Source of the DNA: Pelomyxa schiedti
Lineage: Eukaryota > Protista > Evosea
Direction of reading: 5' to 3'
Assembly (NCBI GenBank): GCA_020536535.1
Contig: JAHLWZ010000163.1
Coordinates: 8,325-72,324 of the forward strand
Length of the DNA stretch: 64,000 nucleotides
The position numbers and the translations under genes are program-made. The first letter of the stretch is position 1. Each line of letters opens with the position of its first letter. The notes beneath the pieces were generated by a model. The model saw only the letters and a program-made list of their open reading frames with translations, searched no databases and was not told the DNA's origin. Below are positions 38,456-52,000 of this stretch, piece after piece.

Positions 38456-41368
38456 ATGACGACCCCTAATGATGCCGATCTTAGTGACCACGAAGACGAC
38501 AACAGTGTGGCAGACGGCGACGGCTACGGCGAAGCAGCAGAAGGTGCCGACGACGACGAACCAAACGCCGACGACGACGAACCAAACGCCGCCGCCGATG
38601 ACGACGAGGAAGAGGCTGAGCTCATAGAGGGTCTCGCCGAGACGAGGGACATGAGGAGGATTGTGGGAAAGAGCCTCGGCAGGCTGAGGGAGGTCTCCGA
38701 GATGCTCGAGGTGCGCAAGGAGAAGATGTTGCTCAAGAAGGTGAGTCCCGCAGCAGAGGCTGAGCGAGTGGCCCTGTTGGTGTCTGCCAACAAGTCCATA
38801 GCCGCAATCCTGGAGGATGCCGAGACAGTTGGCTCAAGATTCACCAACGCGACACCGGAACCGCCAAGTGATGAACAGATCGAGGAAACCAAATGTGAAA
38901 CGCAGAGCTTTGCTGAGGAGTTGAAGAAGACACAGAGGACGCTGCACCGAGCAGTTTATGTATTGCAGACGCGCTCTGATATGATATTTGATCAGCTGGC
39001 AAAAATGCAGGCCGAGGTGGAGCCTCAAGTTCGCGCTATGCTGCGTACTCCAATTAGTGATCACAGTCGCATCTGCAATACCGTTCATCAGTTCTGGAGG
39101 TACATGAGGGCACTTGGTCATAGCGCTGAGGAAATATTCACAGTGTTTCACGAGAACAAGGAGATTGTGGGAGTCGGTGTGACTGAAAACATGAGCGCCA
39201 GTCACAGGGATTTCTATGACCTTTTAGCTTGCGAGTGTGTGAACCTGATCACTGAGTTCACCTCAGAGTTTACTCCACTCAACGACTTGGTTCCTATTGG
39301 TGTGCGGCCGTTCTTTGGCCGATTGTTTGAGATCGGCACCAGAGAATACAGCAGCACTGATGAGTTTGGCTTGTCTGCTTTTGCTGCAGCAATGGGAGTT
39401 TTGAAGAAGTTGATGTGGGTTCCAAACTGCAGGCACTTGTTCGTTCCATTTGCCAGCCAATTGAAAGTTCTGATCATGAAGGCACCACCAGGTTATACTC
39501 AGGGAGAACTGCTCACATGCTGTGTAAACCTGGGCCCGCTGTTGCCACAGCTTGTTCAGGGGCTCTGTGATACATTTGCGTCGACGATTGCTGAAGGTGG
39601 GAACTCAGAGCCTCCGTTTAATTGGGTGAGTGGGTGGGATGTGTTGCTTCATTCTTCAAAGGATGTTGTGGAATTCCTCCAACAGAACAATTTCACAGCT
39701 CGGCTCATCGCAATCTTTCTCCGATTTTGTGAAAGCTTTGGATTGCAGGACACTGGGAATCTCGATTGGCTCATTCTCATTGTTATTTGCAGGGTTACAA
39801 TGCTGTGTTCTGTTGATCCACCAAGTGGACACAAAGCCATTGTCCGATTCGTGGAGGATCACATTGGAAGTGACAAGCTGCTTCTCAAGGCCGTTTCTGT
39901 GTTGGTTATCATCCCAGTGATTGTTACTGGAGGCACCATTGACGAAAAACTATTGATGAAGGTAATTACGGTTGCCTCTGCTGATGACTCCCCAGAAGTT
40001 CTCGAGATTCTTTTCAGTGCCAAGCAATTGTTTGAACAGTTGAGTTCCAAATCAATCGAATTTTTATTTGAGAAGTCATTGGAAACAAAGGCAAACACAA
40101 TCAAACATGCTGGATTGTTATTTCACATGTTGAAGTTCTGTGCTGGTCGAATCAAAGGCCTCCCTCTCTTTTCAGAAGCCGCCATGCGATTCGCCCAATA
40201 CTATCAAGAAAGACAAAAGAGAGCAGCAGGAAATCAATTGCAGGAAAGGGGAGATGTAGACCTACAGGTGCTTAATATTTTGTCTGCAGACCTCCATTCT
40301 GCTGGGTGGCACCGCTCACACTTTAATATGGGAATGCCCTCCCATTTCGTCGATCTTTCTGCATGTTTCACTTCCAGTTTTATAGTTCTGCTGGCATCTG
40401 AACACCCTGGTACAAGCATACACACCCTGAGTTCTGGCATTTTCACGTCATTGTTCTCTGTAATGCATATGTGCTGTCTGGAATCACCGTCAAAGCTTAG
40501 TATCATTGAGGAGAATGAAGATGCTGTGGCATCTCTCTGGATGTGCGCCCCTGATAGAAGGGTACATATGCAAGAAATACTTGGGAAACCGGTTGAACAA
40601 CTAGTCAAGTTTTTGCCCCTGCTGAAAGGGCTGTTGATGGGAGAAATCCAGCCCATAGCCCCATTGGAGCCAAGAATATTGCCTCGTACACTTTGCCACT
40701 ATCAGCATACCAGTGCGTGCAATCAGGAGAAAATCCAAGAGGTGCTACAGTGCCCAACGGTAACAGAGTGCTATGAGACAGTATTGCATTTACAGACTCT
40801 GGCTTACATGGAATCTGATGACAACAAAATATGCCGACTAATGAGACTGTGGCCAGGACAATTTGACACCTCTGTGTTGGAAGGGGCAGTGAACATCGGT
40901 GCTTACGGAAGGGTTTGTAAGCTTCTCCCGTTGTGCGAGCCAGGACACATTCCATCTTGCCTCATTGTTTCCGCTGTACAACGTGGTCACCGTGACATCG
41001 CGGAGTTGCTGCTGTGCCATGGTGTGTTCATTCCTGAATCCGCACTGAATGGGGCTGACACAGTGAGAATCCAAGGGGAACCAGTTGATGCACGGCACCC
41101 GAGTGTGCAGAAGTTCTTCAACAGCACACCGATGTGGGACCCACTCAGACACCAACTGTTCCCATGGTGGTTCAAGGTACACATCCTCAGGACCGTCCTC
41201 CTCTGCTGGCTCCACGACGCCAATGTTCAATTGTTCTCAATTCCTGTGATTCTTGACCAGAAGCAACCACCGCACCGAGACAGTTACACTCCATCATCAA
41301 TTGGGATGCTGTCATGGTGCACCATCCACCTCATTCTTTCATTCCTGTCCCCTGTTCACTGGTTCTGA
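38456..41368 (+). CDS. Intronless ~970-aa helical protein with acidic N-terminus, coiled coil, C-terminal ankyrin-like repeat and F-box/PRANC-like tail
   Basis: Uninterrupted 2.9-kb ORF; SAVQRGHRDIAELLLCHG is ankyrin-like; tail WDPLRHQLFPWWFK...VLLCW...IHLILSFL. Confidence 0.75.
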   Translation: MTTPNDADLSDHEDDNSVADGDGYGEAAEGADDDEPNADDDEPNAAADDDEEEAELIEGLAETRDMRRIVGKSLGRLREVSEMLEVRKEKMLLKKVSPAAEAERVALLVSANKSIAAILEDAETVGSRFTNATPEPPSDEQIEETKCETQSFAEELKKTQRTLHRAVYVLQTRSDMIFDQLAKMQAEVEPQVRAMLRTPISDHSRICNTVHQFWRYMRALGHSAEEIFTVFHENKEIVGVGVTENMSASHRDFYDLLACECVNLITEFTSEFTPLNDLVPIGVRPFFGRLFEIGTREYSSTDEFGLSAFAAAMGVLKKLMWVPNCRHLFVPFASQLKVLIMKAPPGYTQGELLTCCVNLGPLLPQLVQGLCDTFASTIAEGGNSEPPFNWVSGWDVLLHSSKDVVEFLQQNNFTARLIAIFLRFCESFGLQDTGNLDWLILIVICRVTMLCSVDPPSGHKAIVRFVEDHIGSDKLLLKAVSVLVIIPVIVTGGTIDEKLLMKVITVASADDSPEVLEILFSAKQLFEQLSSKSIEFLFEKSLETKANTIKHAGLLFHMLKFCAGRIKGLPLFSEAAMRFAQYYQERQKRAAGNQLQERGDVDLQVLNILSADLHSAGWHRSHFNMGMPSHFVDLSACFTSSFIVLLASEHPGTSIHTLSSGIFTSLFSVMHMCCLESPSKLSIIEENEDAVASLWMCAPDRRVHMQEILGKPVEQLVKFLPLLKGLLMGEIQPIAPLEPRILPRTLCHYQHTSACNQEKIQEVLQCPTVTECYETVLHLQTLAYMESDDNKICRLMRLWPGQFDTSVLEGAVNIGAYGRVCKLLPLCEPGHIPSCLIVSAVQRGHRDIAELLLCHGVFIPESALNGADTVRIQGEPVDARHPSVQKFFNSTPMWDPLRHQLFPWWFKVHILRTVLLCWLHDANVQLFSIPVILDQKQPPHRDSYTPSSIGMLSWCTIHLILSFLSPVHWF

Positions 41369-41661
41369 AAACTATTCACTTGACTGACTGAACTCCACAA
41401 AAACACTTGACAGACTCCCAACACCATAAACTCCATAAGCTTCTCTGTTTCCAATCAGTTCCTGGAATTCGGAACATCCCGAAGAAAAAAAAAACTGTGC
41501 TTGTTTGTTTTATTGGTTCCAGTTTGTTTGCCTTTGGAGATATTACACAAATGTATATCAACTGTGATGGGTAGTAGTATCCTAAGACATATCTGATAGG
41601 TGTCCAATCTCATCTGACACAAACAGATTCCCAGACACAGACAGACGCCAAAATGACTCTC

Positions 41662-44600
41662 TCACTCAGCCGAGGCCGAATCAGAGTGCATTGGGCCGCT
41701 GTTTTGGTGCGTAGCCACGCGCTTCTCCAGGTCCTTGTCGTGGTCCGCCAGCAGCGTGATCGTGTTGTTCCATGAGGCCAGGACCCGCGCCTTGTCGGAC
41801 GCGTCCGACGCTGTCACGACCATGGAGGTAGTCCCAGAGTGCATCTCCCACGCGTTCTTGACCTTGTGCCCGAGGACGTCCTGGCCGTCGACCAGGTTTC
41901 GGACGCGCGATGAGCGGAGCTCGACGCTGAGTTTCACGGTCTGCTTCTTCTTGGAACTCGCTGGCTTGTCCGTAAGAAGCAAGCGGTCGTTGAAAAGTAG
42001 GTAATGCCGCTTTTTGGTCTGCCCAGTCTCAGGGTCTAAGATTAGAACGTCGCCTTCGCTGGGAAATTAGGGTGAGATTTTTGGTAGAGGGGATTGGATT
42101 TTAAATTGTTTGCGTACTCTACGAAGTATCGGTCCCAGGATACAAACTCCTCCTATGGGTTTGTTTCAGTTTGTGTGTATGGTAGAAGTGTACACAAATG
42201 TAAATTTACATAGAGCTTTTACCTTGGGTTTTGGGGAGAGAATCTTTGTGAATTGTTGCAGTTGGCGGTACTTCTGTAGTTCCGATTCACTTCTTATCTG
42301 TGTATAAGGTGAATATGAAATTTGATCCTGGTGACAGAACCTGTGATTCCTTGGCTTTTTGGAGTAGAATCTGGAATGCGGACACTGCATTTTCCAGATT
42401 CTCGTAATCCAAATGGTGGGGCTCGGTGTTGTCACGGAATTGCTATTAGTACAACTAGTAAGGAACTTGTTGAAAGAGGACGAAGAGAAACCATAAGCAT
42501 TGTAACATAACGTGAAAGTCTCTACCACTACGTTAGACAATAACTAAACAGAAACAGACCTACCTGGACTGGTAAGACCAAAAATGCAGGTAATGTACTA
42601 GACTGATCTCTGAAGAGTTGTTTCTCACAGATCTGTAATCAAAATGAGTGTTGATTGCCTGGCATCAAGAAGTAAGAACCTTCGCGAAATTCTTGAACTT
42701 AGTGTTAGACAAGATCGCATCTTGAAGCGTGTGTGTCCCTCGGATGTAGGAAGAGACATATAATTCGTATGCATTCAGAAAGTCAGAGGTACGAATCTAG
42801 GAAATGTTATTTCATGATAGTGAAGAGCCAACATACCAGATCTACAAATACTTTCCCCAGGCAACTGCACTTGTTCCAATCGAGAGAGTTATCATGTAGT
42901 TTTTCGGCTAGTCGAGTACTGTATTGGCAAAGGTCTCTGAAGCTTGTTTAAAAAGAGGATACTCTTCCAATGCAAACGCACAATATGTTTCCAAAGATGT
43001 TTGAGATTTGGTATTGTGTGAGCAGCGGCTTCGACTTGTGAATTCCAGCCGCAAGAGGGTCCAGGACAACAGTTTTTAGGGTGGTAAGAAGGGATGCATA
43101 TTGATCTTCTGACCGAGTTAACTCCATGCACACAATCTGGCGGGGTGTTCCTGCAACGGGTAAATTTGAAAAAAACTGGGGAAAAAAGTAACACACCAAC
43201 TTCTTTCCACCATTGCCGTGTTGTATATCCTCTCCATACTTTTTGAATCATAATAGCTGCCTCTTCGTCAGAAAATCGTCTCTACGGCTAATTATTGGGT
43301 GTGACAGTAGAAGTTTTCGCACCATGACTGGGGCTGGGGCGGGTTGTTCTGCATGTGGAACGAGAGATGGAGGTGCCAATAGGACTGGGGGCTTGCTTGA
43401 GGTTGTAGAGGAGGCTCCAGTCTGCCCTTCAACATTTCTGGGGCGCTGGTAGGAGGTGAAACACTGGCATTGATTGATTTGGCGTACACGTTTCACTGAT
43501 GTTCTGGGATCTCGGGTAGCAGCGGCATTCATAATCTTGAATCTTGTTCCCCAGTTCTTGATTCCAATTGAAGTTAGGTATTCATCTGTGAAGGAAGAAA
43601 CTTTAGATCAGGAGGAATAGAAGAATAGCCAACCTTCCAATTTTGGGAGGTCTTCCAACTTTATATTGTTCTTTAAGAAAATTTGGATCACTGTTTTGTC
43701 CATGTGCATTTTCTCCAGCCACAATTCGATGTCTTCAGAATGTAATTACGGAGAATAGAGTATATATGGCGGACCTGTTTTTACTTGAAGTGTTGAGCTT
43801 GCTAATATTTCTTGTTTTACACTGGCTAGTGAAAAGTCAGAAGGATCAATGATTCTTGTAAAAGTTAAAAAGGAACGAAAAATATGGGAGGAAAACTTGG
43901 TTGCAGGAGCAGGTGATACGCAGGATAGGGAGGAGGACCTTGAGTATGTTAGGAGAAAAAGTTTAATAAAAAAAGGAAAAGCTAACATTACAACAGATGA
44001 GGTCGCAGATTTCCTTTCAGGCATAGAAAGTGAAGGGTTGCGCTCATGGCTGGTGGGAGTAGGTCTCCTAGTCAAATATTACTAGGAGATTAAAGATTGA
44101 TGAGCCCAACATTAGTAGTGGAGGAACCCTCAGATCAGGAACCCCATCTGAATCAGAGGAACTACTCGGGATACCACCCGGTTGGAGACTTGTACTTGAT
44201 GAGACTTGTGGTTTCGGGGGAAGCCTTGGCGGGAGTGGTGGTGCTTCTTCCTCCTCTTCCCCTCCATCTCTTGTACTTGATGGTGGTGGACTTTGTTCAG
44301 GATCCGCCTGTTGTCTTTCCTTCTCATTTTCATTTTCACTATTGTCATCAGAATCCTCACTGTTTTCTTTGCTTTCATTCTCATTTTCATCATTTTCAGA
44401 CTGCTGGTACATGGGGGCAATTTGCCTGGAGGCAATGGCTGCCCAGTAGAGATCAGGAATACTTGCTGGTAGCTGTGAAAACGTGAGAAGATGTCTATTG
44501 GGGGAACAAAATATCTGCCTTGTAACCAAGTTTTACTTGATCAAACAAATGCATGCTTAGGGTAAATTCTTCTTCAGATAAACTTCCAGATTTTTCTGTG

Positions 44601-47600
44601 TTATTTAAGAACTTTGTGATTGTTAGAGGGATATAGTACGTGGATCACACAGGAACCAGATCTTTCTTAGTGTTGAGACTGGAAGTCCCGATGACATCCA
44701 CAGTTGCTTTATTTGGTCAGGTGCGGCTCTGTTCATGCCTGAGACTTTAGGCAACTCAGCAAACATCTTGGCATAGGAATTTCGCATTGCCCACGGAATT
44801 GAAAGGCCCGCTTCTTGGCCTGAAGACTACTAAAGAGTAAATTATGGTAAAAAAAAGAGAGTGCACATACAGAGGACAGTGGCTGTGCAACAAATGTGGA
44901 TGGCATCTGGGTATTTGAGAGTTGACTAGGAGCCACTGGTTGTGTCTTGGGCGGCGGAACAGGGACTCCCGGCAATATGGAAGGAGATGCAGATCCCATA
45001 GAAGATCGAAGTTGTGAACTCTTTGCTGGTAAAGGTGGGGGTAAATCTTCAACTTCAGGACTTGCTTTAACTGGAGGCATGGTGGGAGTCAACAGATCTG
45101 CTACAGAAATCTTATTAAATTCTTCCTTCCTGCTTGTAGGCGTTCCCTTCAGCTGATTCAGAATATCAAATGTTGACTCGGAAGTTTCTTTGCTAAGATC
45201 TATGTTTGGGGATACTTCAACCTAAAAAAAGAGCAATAATTAGAGGAATTCGCATAGCTTAGCTGTACTGTAGCTTTCTTCGGCGGAAGTGGTGGAGGAG
45301 CATCTTCCTCCTCAGCTATCGACCCAATTTCCTAAGCAGTATGGTTCATACAGAAGGAAGGAGGTTTCACTTCATAAATCTTTAGCATACCTTGAAAAGA
45401 GAATTTGAAGGCGGAGCCATAGTTGCTAAGATGGGAGGTTTTGGACCCATGGGAGGGGGTGGTGGGCGTGTGGGTGAAGGTGGTATCTGAATGGGAGTTG
45501 GAGGGAGTGTGTGCACTGGAGCTGGTGGAAGTGACTGTGCTGGAGTTGGGTGTGGAGTTGGAGGAAGTGAATGAGTTGGAGTTGGGGGGAGTGAGTGTGC
45601 TGGTGTTGGAGGGAGTGTGTGTGCTGGGGGGAGTACATGTGTTGTTGGAATGGGTGGAAGTGTCAGACTTGGGAGCTGGGGTCCTTTGGTGGCACTCACT
45701 GTTGCAGGCTGTAGTAAAAGTGAGGGGGAGGCAAGATCACTGCTCGATCCACGCCCAGCATTTGATGTTGGAGAAAGTTGAACTGGTTGCACACTAATAT
45801 CAAAATCTACAAATGCAGAAGAATTCGACTTAGGGGAAGGCAAAGTCGGTGCCAGACTGGATGGTGAAGATGGAGGGGGCCTAAGCGGTAATGGCTTGTG
45901 GACAGGAGGTTCAGACTCAAAGAGCAATGATTCAAAATTAAACTTGGGAGCAGTTTTGGAGGTTGAAAAAAGGTCTACTTCGTTTTGAGGTTTTGTTGCA
46001 GCAGACAAGTTCAAAGTGGGCACTGTTGTGAAGGAAGATGTGGTGGAAAACATTGAGGTAGTGGTATCAAATGTACTCCAGAGACTAGTATCTGCAGTGG
46101 GTCGAGGCTTGGGGGGAACTGTAGGTTGCTGCAAGGGAATAGTCGAAGAAATTGCTGCCAAGGGGGGAGGGGAGTCAGATTCGGTACCCTGTTCCATAGG
46201 TTCCACTGTGGTGGATAAAGGAATTGGTTTTGAGATTGTGGAATCTCCAAATACACTTACACCAGCTCCAAAAGACGATTGGCTAGACTTTAGAGAGGAA
46301 TTGGCAACTGCAGGCTGGGCGGGACTGGTGAAAAGTAATTCCATTGTCGACTGTGCAGAAGTTGTGGAACTAGAGGCAGGCCACAGTGATTTTGGTGGAG
46401 GAACTGGGGGTTGTGGTGGTAGTTGTGGTTGCGGTTTGGCAGCTGGCCATAAAGAAGTGCTCTTTTGTGGAGGTACAGGATTCGTCAAGTTTGTGGCCGG
46501 CTTGCTTTCTTCCCGAGTAGGCTCTGGCAGCACAGGGGGAGGCTTAGGCATGGGGAGGGGTACAGCGGCGTGTTGCGGTTTAACTAGCTGTTGCTTTTGA
46601 AGTTCGGTTATCAGTGATTGAGGAAGTGGTTTCTCAAAAGTTGTTTCTTGTGGTAGCCTGGGTGCGATTTGTGGTTCTGATCGAACTCCTGTTACAACAT
46701 TTCCTTGAGAGACGGTACCTTTATAACCAGACTGTTGAATATTGACTGGAATAGAATCCAAGAAGACGTTGGAAACACCAAGAACTGATACACTGAGCGA
46801 AGGAGAAGGGACAGAGCTGGAATCCCGGAAGGGGTTCGGCGCAGACGGAAGTGGTTTTGCAGGAATAGTTGGTTGTTGGGGGTTGGGGTGACTTACTTTT
46901 TCTACACAGACTACAGGTGTTGATGATAAGAGAGAGGGTATCACTGCTGGCGTCTGCGTTACTGTGGATGCTATATTTGATTGAAAGGGATTTAGAGGGG
47001 AGATTGGAGGTAATGTTATAGGACTTGAGGTGACTTTGAAAGGATTTGGAGTTTCGGTTTGAGGAAAGGTTGCTATAGGACTTGAGGTGGCTTTAAAGGG
47101 ATTTGGAGTTTCAAGACTTAAATTCCCGTTCGAGGAAGTCCAGTTGTTGGTATTATTCGGAGGTTGAGTTTGCATAGTTGGTATGGAAGCCGTAGGAAGA
47201 GACAGTGGTATGTTATCGGTGAATATATTTGAAACTCCCGGAACAGACACCTTCGGCGTTTGGAGAGGCGATGACTGTATTTGACATAGAAAGGGATTCT
47301 TTGTATTAGAACTCCGCACTTCTAGACCCAAGAATAAGATGTAGTTTTAGGAGGGGCAGTACATACCAGATGATATAGGTTTTGGAGGAACACGGAAAGG
47401 GTTTGGGGTTGTAGCTGCATCTAATCTTGCCTAAAAAAGACAGTAAACACAAGTTTAAACCAGGAAGTTTTCACACTGGCAACGGATTTTCAGGTGCAGG
47501 AAACAATGATTGCGAAGTACCACTATTAGCCCAAGGGTTATTGGTATTCATTGCTGGTCCTATTGCCTGGAAGTAACTTGGTTAAAAGAAACCAAGGAAT

Positions 47601-48772
47601 ATTTCTCTAATTTATTGTTTAAGTTTAGTAGCTGATATCTATAAAATAGGAAAGTACTTGCATCTGAGGAGCTTGTGGTTGGATCGTGAGCTGTGCAGAA
47701 CTCTGGGGTGTTTGTTAGGCTAATTTCACAGACTCAGAAAAGGAACCTGTGGAAAAGACATTTGCGTTTGTGCTACCATTTGGGGCTGAATTACCGCAGG
47801 AGAAAGTGTAGGCCGAGGAACTGCTGATTCTCCTTGCTTCAAATTTGTGGAACTTAGACTGGTGCCAACTCCAAACAAACCAGGGGCTTGAGGGGGATTG
47901 GTTTGTGTCAATTGGCCAGAAGTGGGCTGCTGCAAAATATGGGATTGGAAAGTGGAGCCTCCTTGCCAACTGGTGTTTGACTGGGCAGACATGCCAGTAC
48001 TTCCCAAAAGACTAAGTGCACCAGTGGCTTGAGTGTTGTTATTTGACCCAAGAAGAGTTAAAGAATTTCCCTGAGTCTGTACAGGGGATCCAGATGCCAT
48101 GAATTGCAGATTAGGTGAAGAGGATGATTTTGCAGAGGTAAGCAATGGGTTCCCTTGGGGTACCATTTGAGTGGCTTGCAAACTGACCAACTGTGGAGTG
48201 GTAGCAGCTTGAAACGGAATTGTGGGCTGCTGTGGATTCAAAGCCTGAGTTTGAGGAGGCCACACACCAGTATTCATAGGCCCAGAAATCGAGGGAGAAC
48301 CCATAATTGCGGCAGAGGGGCCAAAGAGGCCCCCAGACCCCGAAGCATCAAACGGTGATGGCGTCATGCCAACTGAAACCCCAAAACCGCCGCCCCCAAG
48401 TTGTCCCTGGATCTGACCCTGAGGGAACTGAAATTGAGCCTGAGCTTGAGGCTGCCCAAACATCCCACCAAAGGGATTGACTGCCTGTTGCATCTGTTGT
48501 TGCTGAATCTGCTGAGTGGAAAACCCAGGAGGCACAGCGGACACGAAAGACGACGAGGCTCCATAGGTGGCGGCGGTTGTCCTCTGCAACGGAACGTTAA
48601 TTGTGGGAGCGGTTGCAAGTCCCTCCTGGAACAGCGATCTGTAGTCCTTCTTGGGAGTCGCCGACTGCGGCCCGGTGGTTGTCGGCTTCTGCGGGGTGGA
48701 CGGCAAAGACTTGATTGTGGGAGTGGCGAAGGGGTCGTCTGGGCGACTGGGGAACAAGTCCTGGTGGCTCAT
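41662..48772 (-). CDS. Large NPF-rich RhoGEF with EH, SAM, IQ, DH and PH domains (treated as one multi-exon gene)
   Basis: About 7 NPF motifs; EH SSGLPVSTLRKIWFLCDPQKSGSLSEEEFTLSMHL; SAM EDIELWLEKMHM...EYLTSIGIKNWGTRFKIM; IQ IQKVWRGYTTR; DH CMELTRSEDQYASLL...LPAFLVLPVQ; PH EGDV...RHYLLFNDRLLL. Confidence 0.8.
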
Positions 48773-49037
48773 CCCCAAATCGTATTTTTTTATAACAGGT
48801 TACTTGAAAGGCGAGACTTTCTTTATTGGGGAATCGTTGTTTGATGGCATGGGATTGGGAGTTTGGTGTCCAAAGAGGTGTTATTCTAGGGTACATGTGA
48901 TGTTGGGGAGAATATAATGACACAGGTGGTACTAGTTGAGTGGTACTGAGCAATCAATACCACAATCAATAGACAAACATGGGGAAGTAGGCACACAGGG
49001 GAGGAAAGTGTGGTGTGTCTGTGACTAGATAAATCCC

Positions 49038-52000
49038 TCAGTCTTCCCATGCGTGGGAGTTGGCGTGTGAATTGGGATGATGGGACTTATCGTCGGCGGC
49101 GCTGCTACTGCTGGCACTGCTGCTGCTTCCACTGCTACTGCTACTGCTACTACTGCTAAACACAGTAGGCGGGCTGGTACTGTTTGTCAATACTAAGAAT
49201 ATTACTATGGCAGCCACAATGATCATTAGAAGTAAGAGCAGAATTCCGGCGATGAGAAGAACTGCGATTGTTAGATCCTATTTTCTTCTGGGGGAGGGTG
49301 GATACCTTTCTTTTTTTTGGAGGACTTCTTTGGTATGAGACTGGTTTTATCGTTGGGATTTTCATTGATCGGGTTGCTGTTGAGTGTTTGTTGCATCCCC
49401 TCAATTCGTTTGGCAATTTCCACAGTGGCACCCACTGTTTCCATGAGCAGGGCATCTTTGTTCACCATAACCAGCCCGTCAACCTTCTCCCCATTCCTTA
49501 GTTTTAATAGAACAGCATTAGTACACTTGTGAAGTTATTTGCACTAAAGAAGAGGCATACTCTAAGTCGACTTTGTAGGTGGTGTCAACAACTGCATGCG
49601 GAAAGACCTCTCGTAATTCTTGGGCAATAATACCATGTTGGTGTTCATTTCCTGTATTTCCGGTTGCCATTCCTTTCTTTACAAATTTTAGACCTCCAAA
49701 AATTACAATAAAACAACCTTCATTTTATAATCATATAACTTGAGCTGAGATATTTTCTTCAGTTGGTCACTTGTGTCAAGAGGGGTGATATCTTCTTTTA
49801 CTCGTACATCTTGTTCCGATTAGTCGGATACAAAAAAGTGGAACTACCAGAGGGTTGGTAGATTGTGCCAGTTAGTGCTATGTTGCCGACAACGGATAGG
49901 GCTTCTGTAGGCTGTGTTGTATTTATACCAACTTTACCCTCAAGGTAAGTAGTGTGAGCTGATGGAATGGAAGATTTTATGGGAGTCGGAATTTCTGGGG
50001 GGTTGCTCTGCTGTATGACTGGTCCAGGTTGTGGCGCAAAAGATTGGGACGTACATTGCTGCTCCCTCTGTACCTGAGCCTGTACAGTGGGTGGTTGAGT
50101 GATTACAGTATCCTGTTTCGGCAATTGGTTATCTTGCTGAGGTAGCGAGGGGTTTGAATGTGTACAATTCTGAGCTTGCTTGGCAAGCTCAAGTTGTAAT
50201 TGTTGTAATTGCTGTAATTGTTGCAGTTGTTGCGAAAGTTCCAGCTGTACCTGAATTTCGCGAAGTTGCTGCTGAATGTCAGGTGACGGTGGCTTTCGTT
50301 GTAACTGTGATTGAGGTGGCTGCGGTTGCACTTGTAGTTGTGGTTGTGGTTGTGGTTGCAGCACAGGGGTAGGCACGGACCGGGCTAATGGCATTTGAAG
50401 TTGGAGTTGCTGTTGCTGGAGCTGCTGTAGCTGTTGCTGTTGTGTTTGTGGTGCCTGCATTTGAAGTTGCGGTGGCGGTATTTTGAGTTGTGGCTGTGGC
50501 TGAGTAGCAACGTGGGGTTGAGGTTGCACATGGAATTGAGTTTCTGTCATGTGTGGTTGGGAATGGAGTGGCACTGGTGTTTGCTGTGGGATACTGGGTT
50601 GAGAATGTGAATACTGAGATTGTGGATGCCTGTGCACTAATGTTGATCCTGTTTGGACCTGACTTACCCGCTGAGGCGCAGGAGCGAGTTTTGACTGTGT
50701 GTCTGAGTCGTGGTTGTCTGCTAGGGGAAAATAAGAAAGCATAAGAGTAAATTGGAAGATTCACCACAAGTTTGTTTTGGTGACACAGTTTTGGAGTTGG
50801 TAGGAAGGTCAAATTCCTTCTATTTCCAATTTAGATGGTTATGATTACAGAAGATAAAGTGTACTTTAGTAGTAAGTTCTAATGTGGGTCTTGCAGCGCT
50901 ATTGGAACTGCCACCTTCGGTTGAGGAGAATATTAAACTGCTCGGGTGAATAGAAGCGGTTGCCGGGACGCTCGAAACCGCTGGTATCCCGTCCGAGCTC
51001 TTAGAGTGATAGTATTTGCCTGGATGATTCCCCCTCACGACAAGGGGATCAGACATACGGGAGATAATGGTTACACTGGTTCCAGTTGCAGTGTTGGCAA
51101 TCAATGAAACCACGAGCCGGAAGTATTCCTGTTTGTCCTTTTTACAGTTAGACTGGTTAGATCGCCATGGGGTGCAAGGAAAAACACCTTATTGCTACTG
51201 GAGTTGTGTGCAGTCGCCTTGGCAAAGTAGATTTTAGGCAATTTACACTAATTATGATCAGCCTTTTAAAAGACAAGGAGATTTTAACCTTTTGTCCATA
51301 GTGACAGGGGAAAAAAGATGAACATTTCTGTCTTTTATCTCGGGTGGTTGTGGTACAAAATAAATCCACCTGTGAAATATTTGACATCGTCGAAGAGAAA
51401 AAAATAATTACGTTTTTAATGGGAGACGAATCGGCAATGACCCCAACAATTCCATATGAAAAGGACTCAATGGTTTGCCTTCTGTCTCCTAAGGAGGAAG
51501 AAGAAATAAACCTGAAGGAAAATGAGATCTTTCACTGGGTTTTTTGGCACACTTTGGAACATTAGGGCTGGTGAAAGTACAGCAGACTCTGAGTTGATTG
51601 CGTCGATAATGAACAAACGCAGTCAGTTCCTCGCTATACTGGTATCCAGATGCCTCTATTTCCAGACTGCAGACTCTAATTAAAGATTAGAAAATAAAGG
51701 TGGTATTAGTAAGGAAAATACACAGGAGAATAGGTTGCATCTAATACAACAATATTCGTAGATTGGTTTACTTTGTGCCATGAGAGACTTTTTGTGCTAG
51801 AACTTTCGCACGTCTTCACTGATTGTGTTTGATTGCCGGTAGTTTCAGTCACAGTTGGGTGGCTTCGTCGAGTTCCAGCTAAATTTTGGTTACTGTAGTT
51901 ATTTTGCATCGGTAGAACAACCTAAAGGAGAATCATCAGCAATGAGTGAAGGTGTTTGCCACCTTGGAACAGACGTAATTGGGGCCGGGGATGCAGTATT

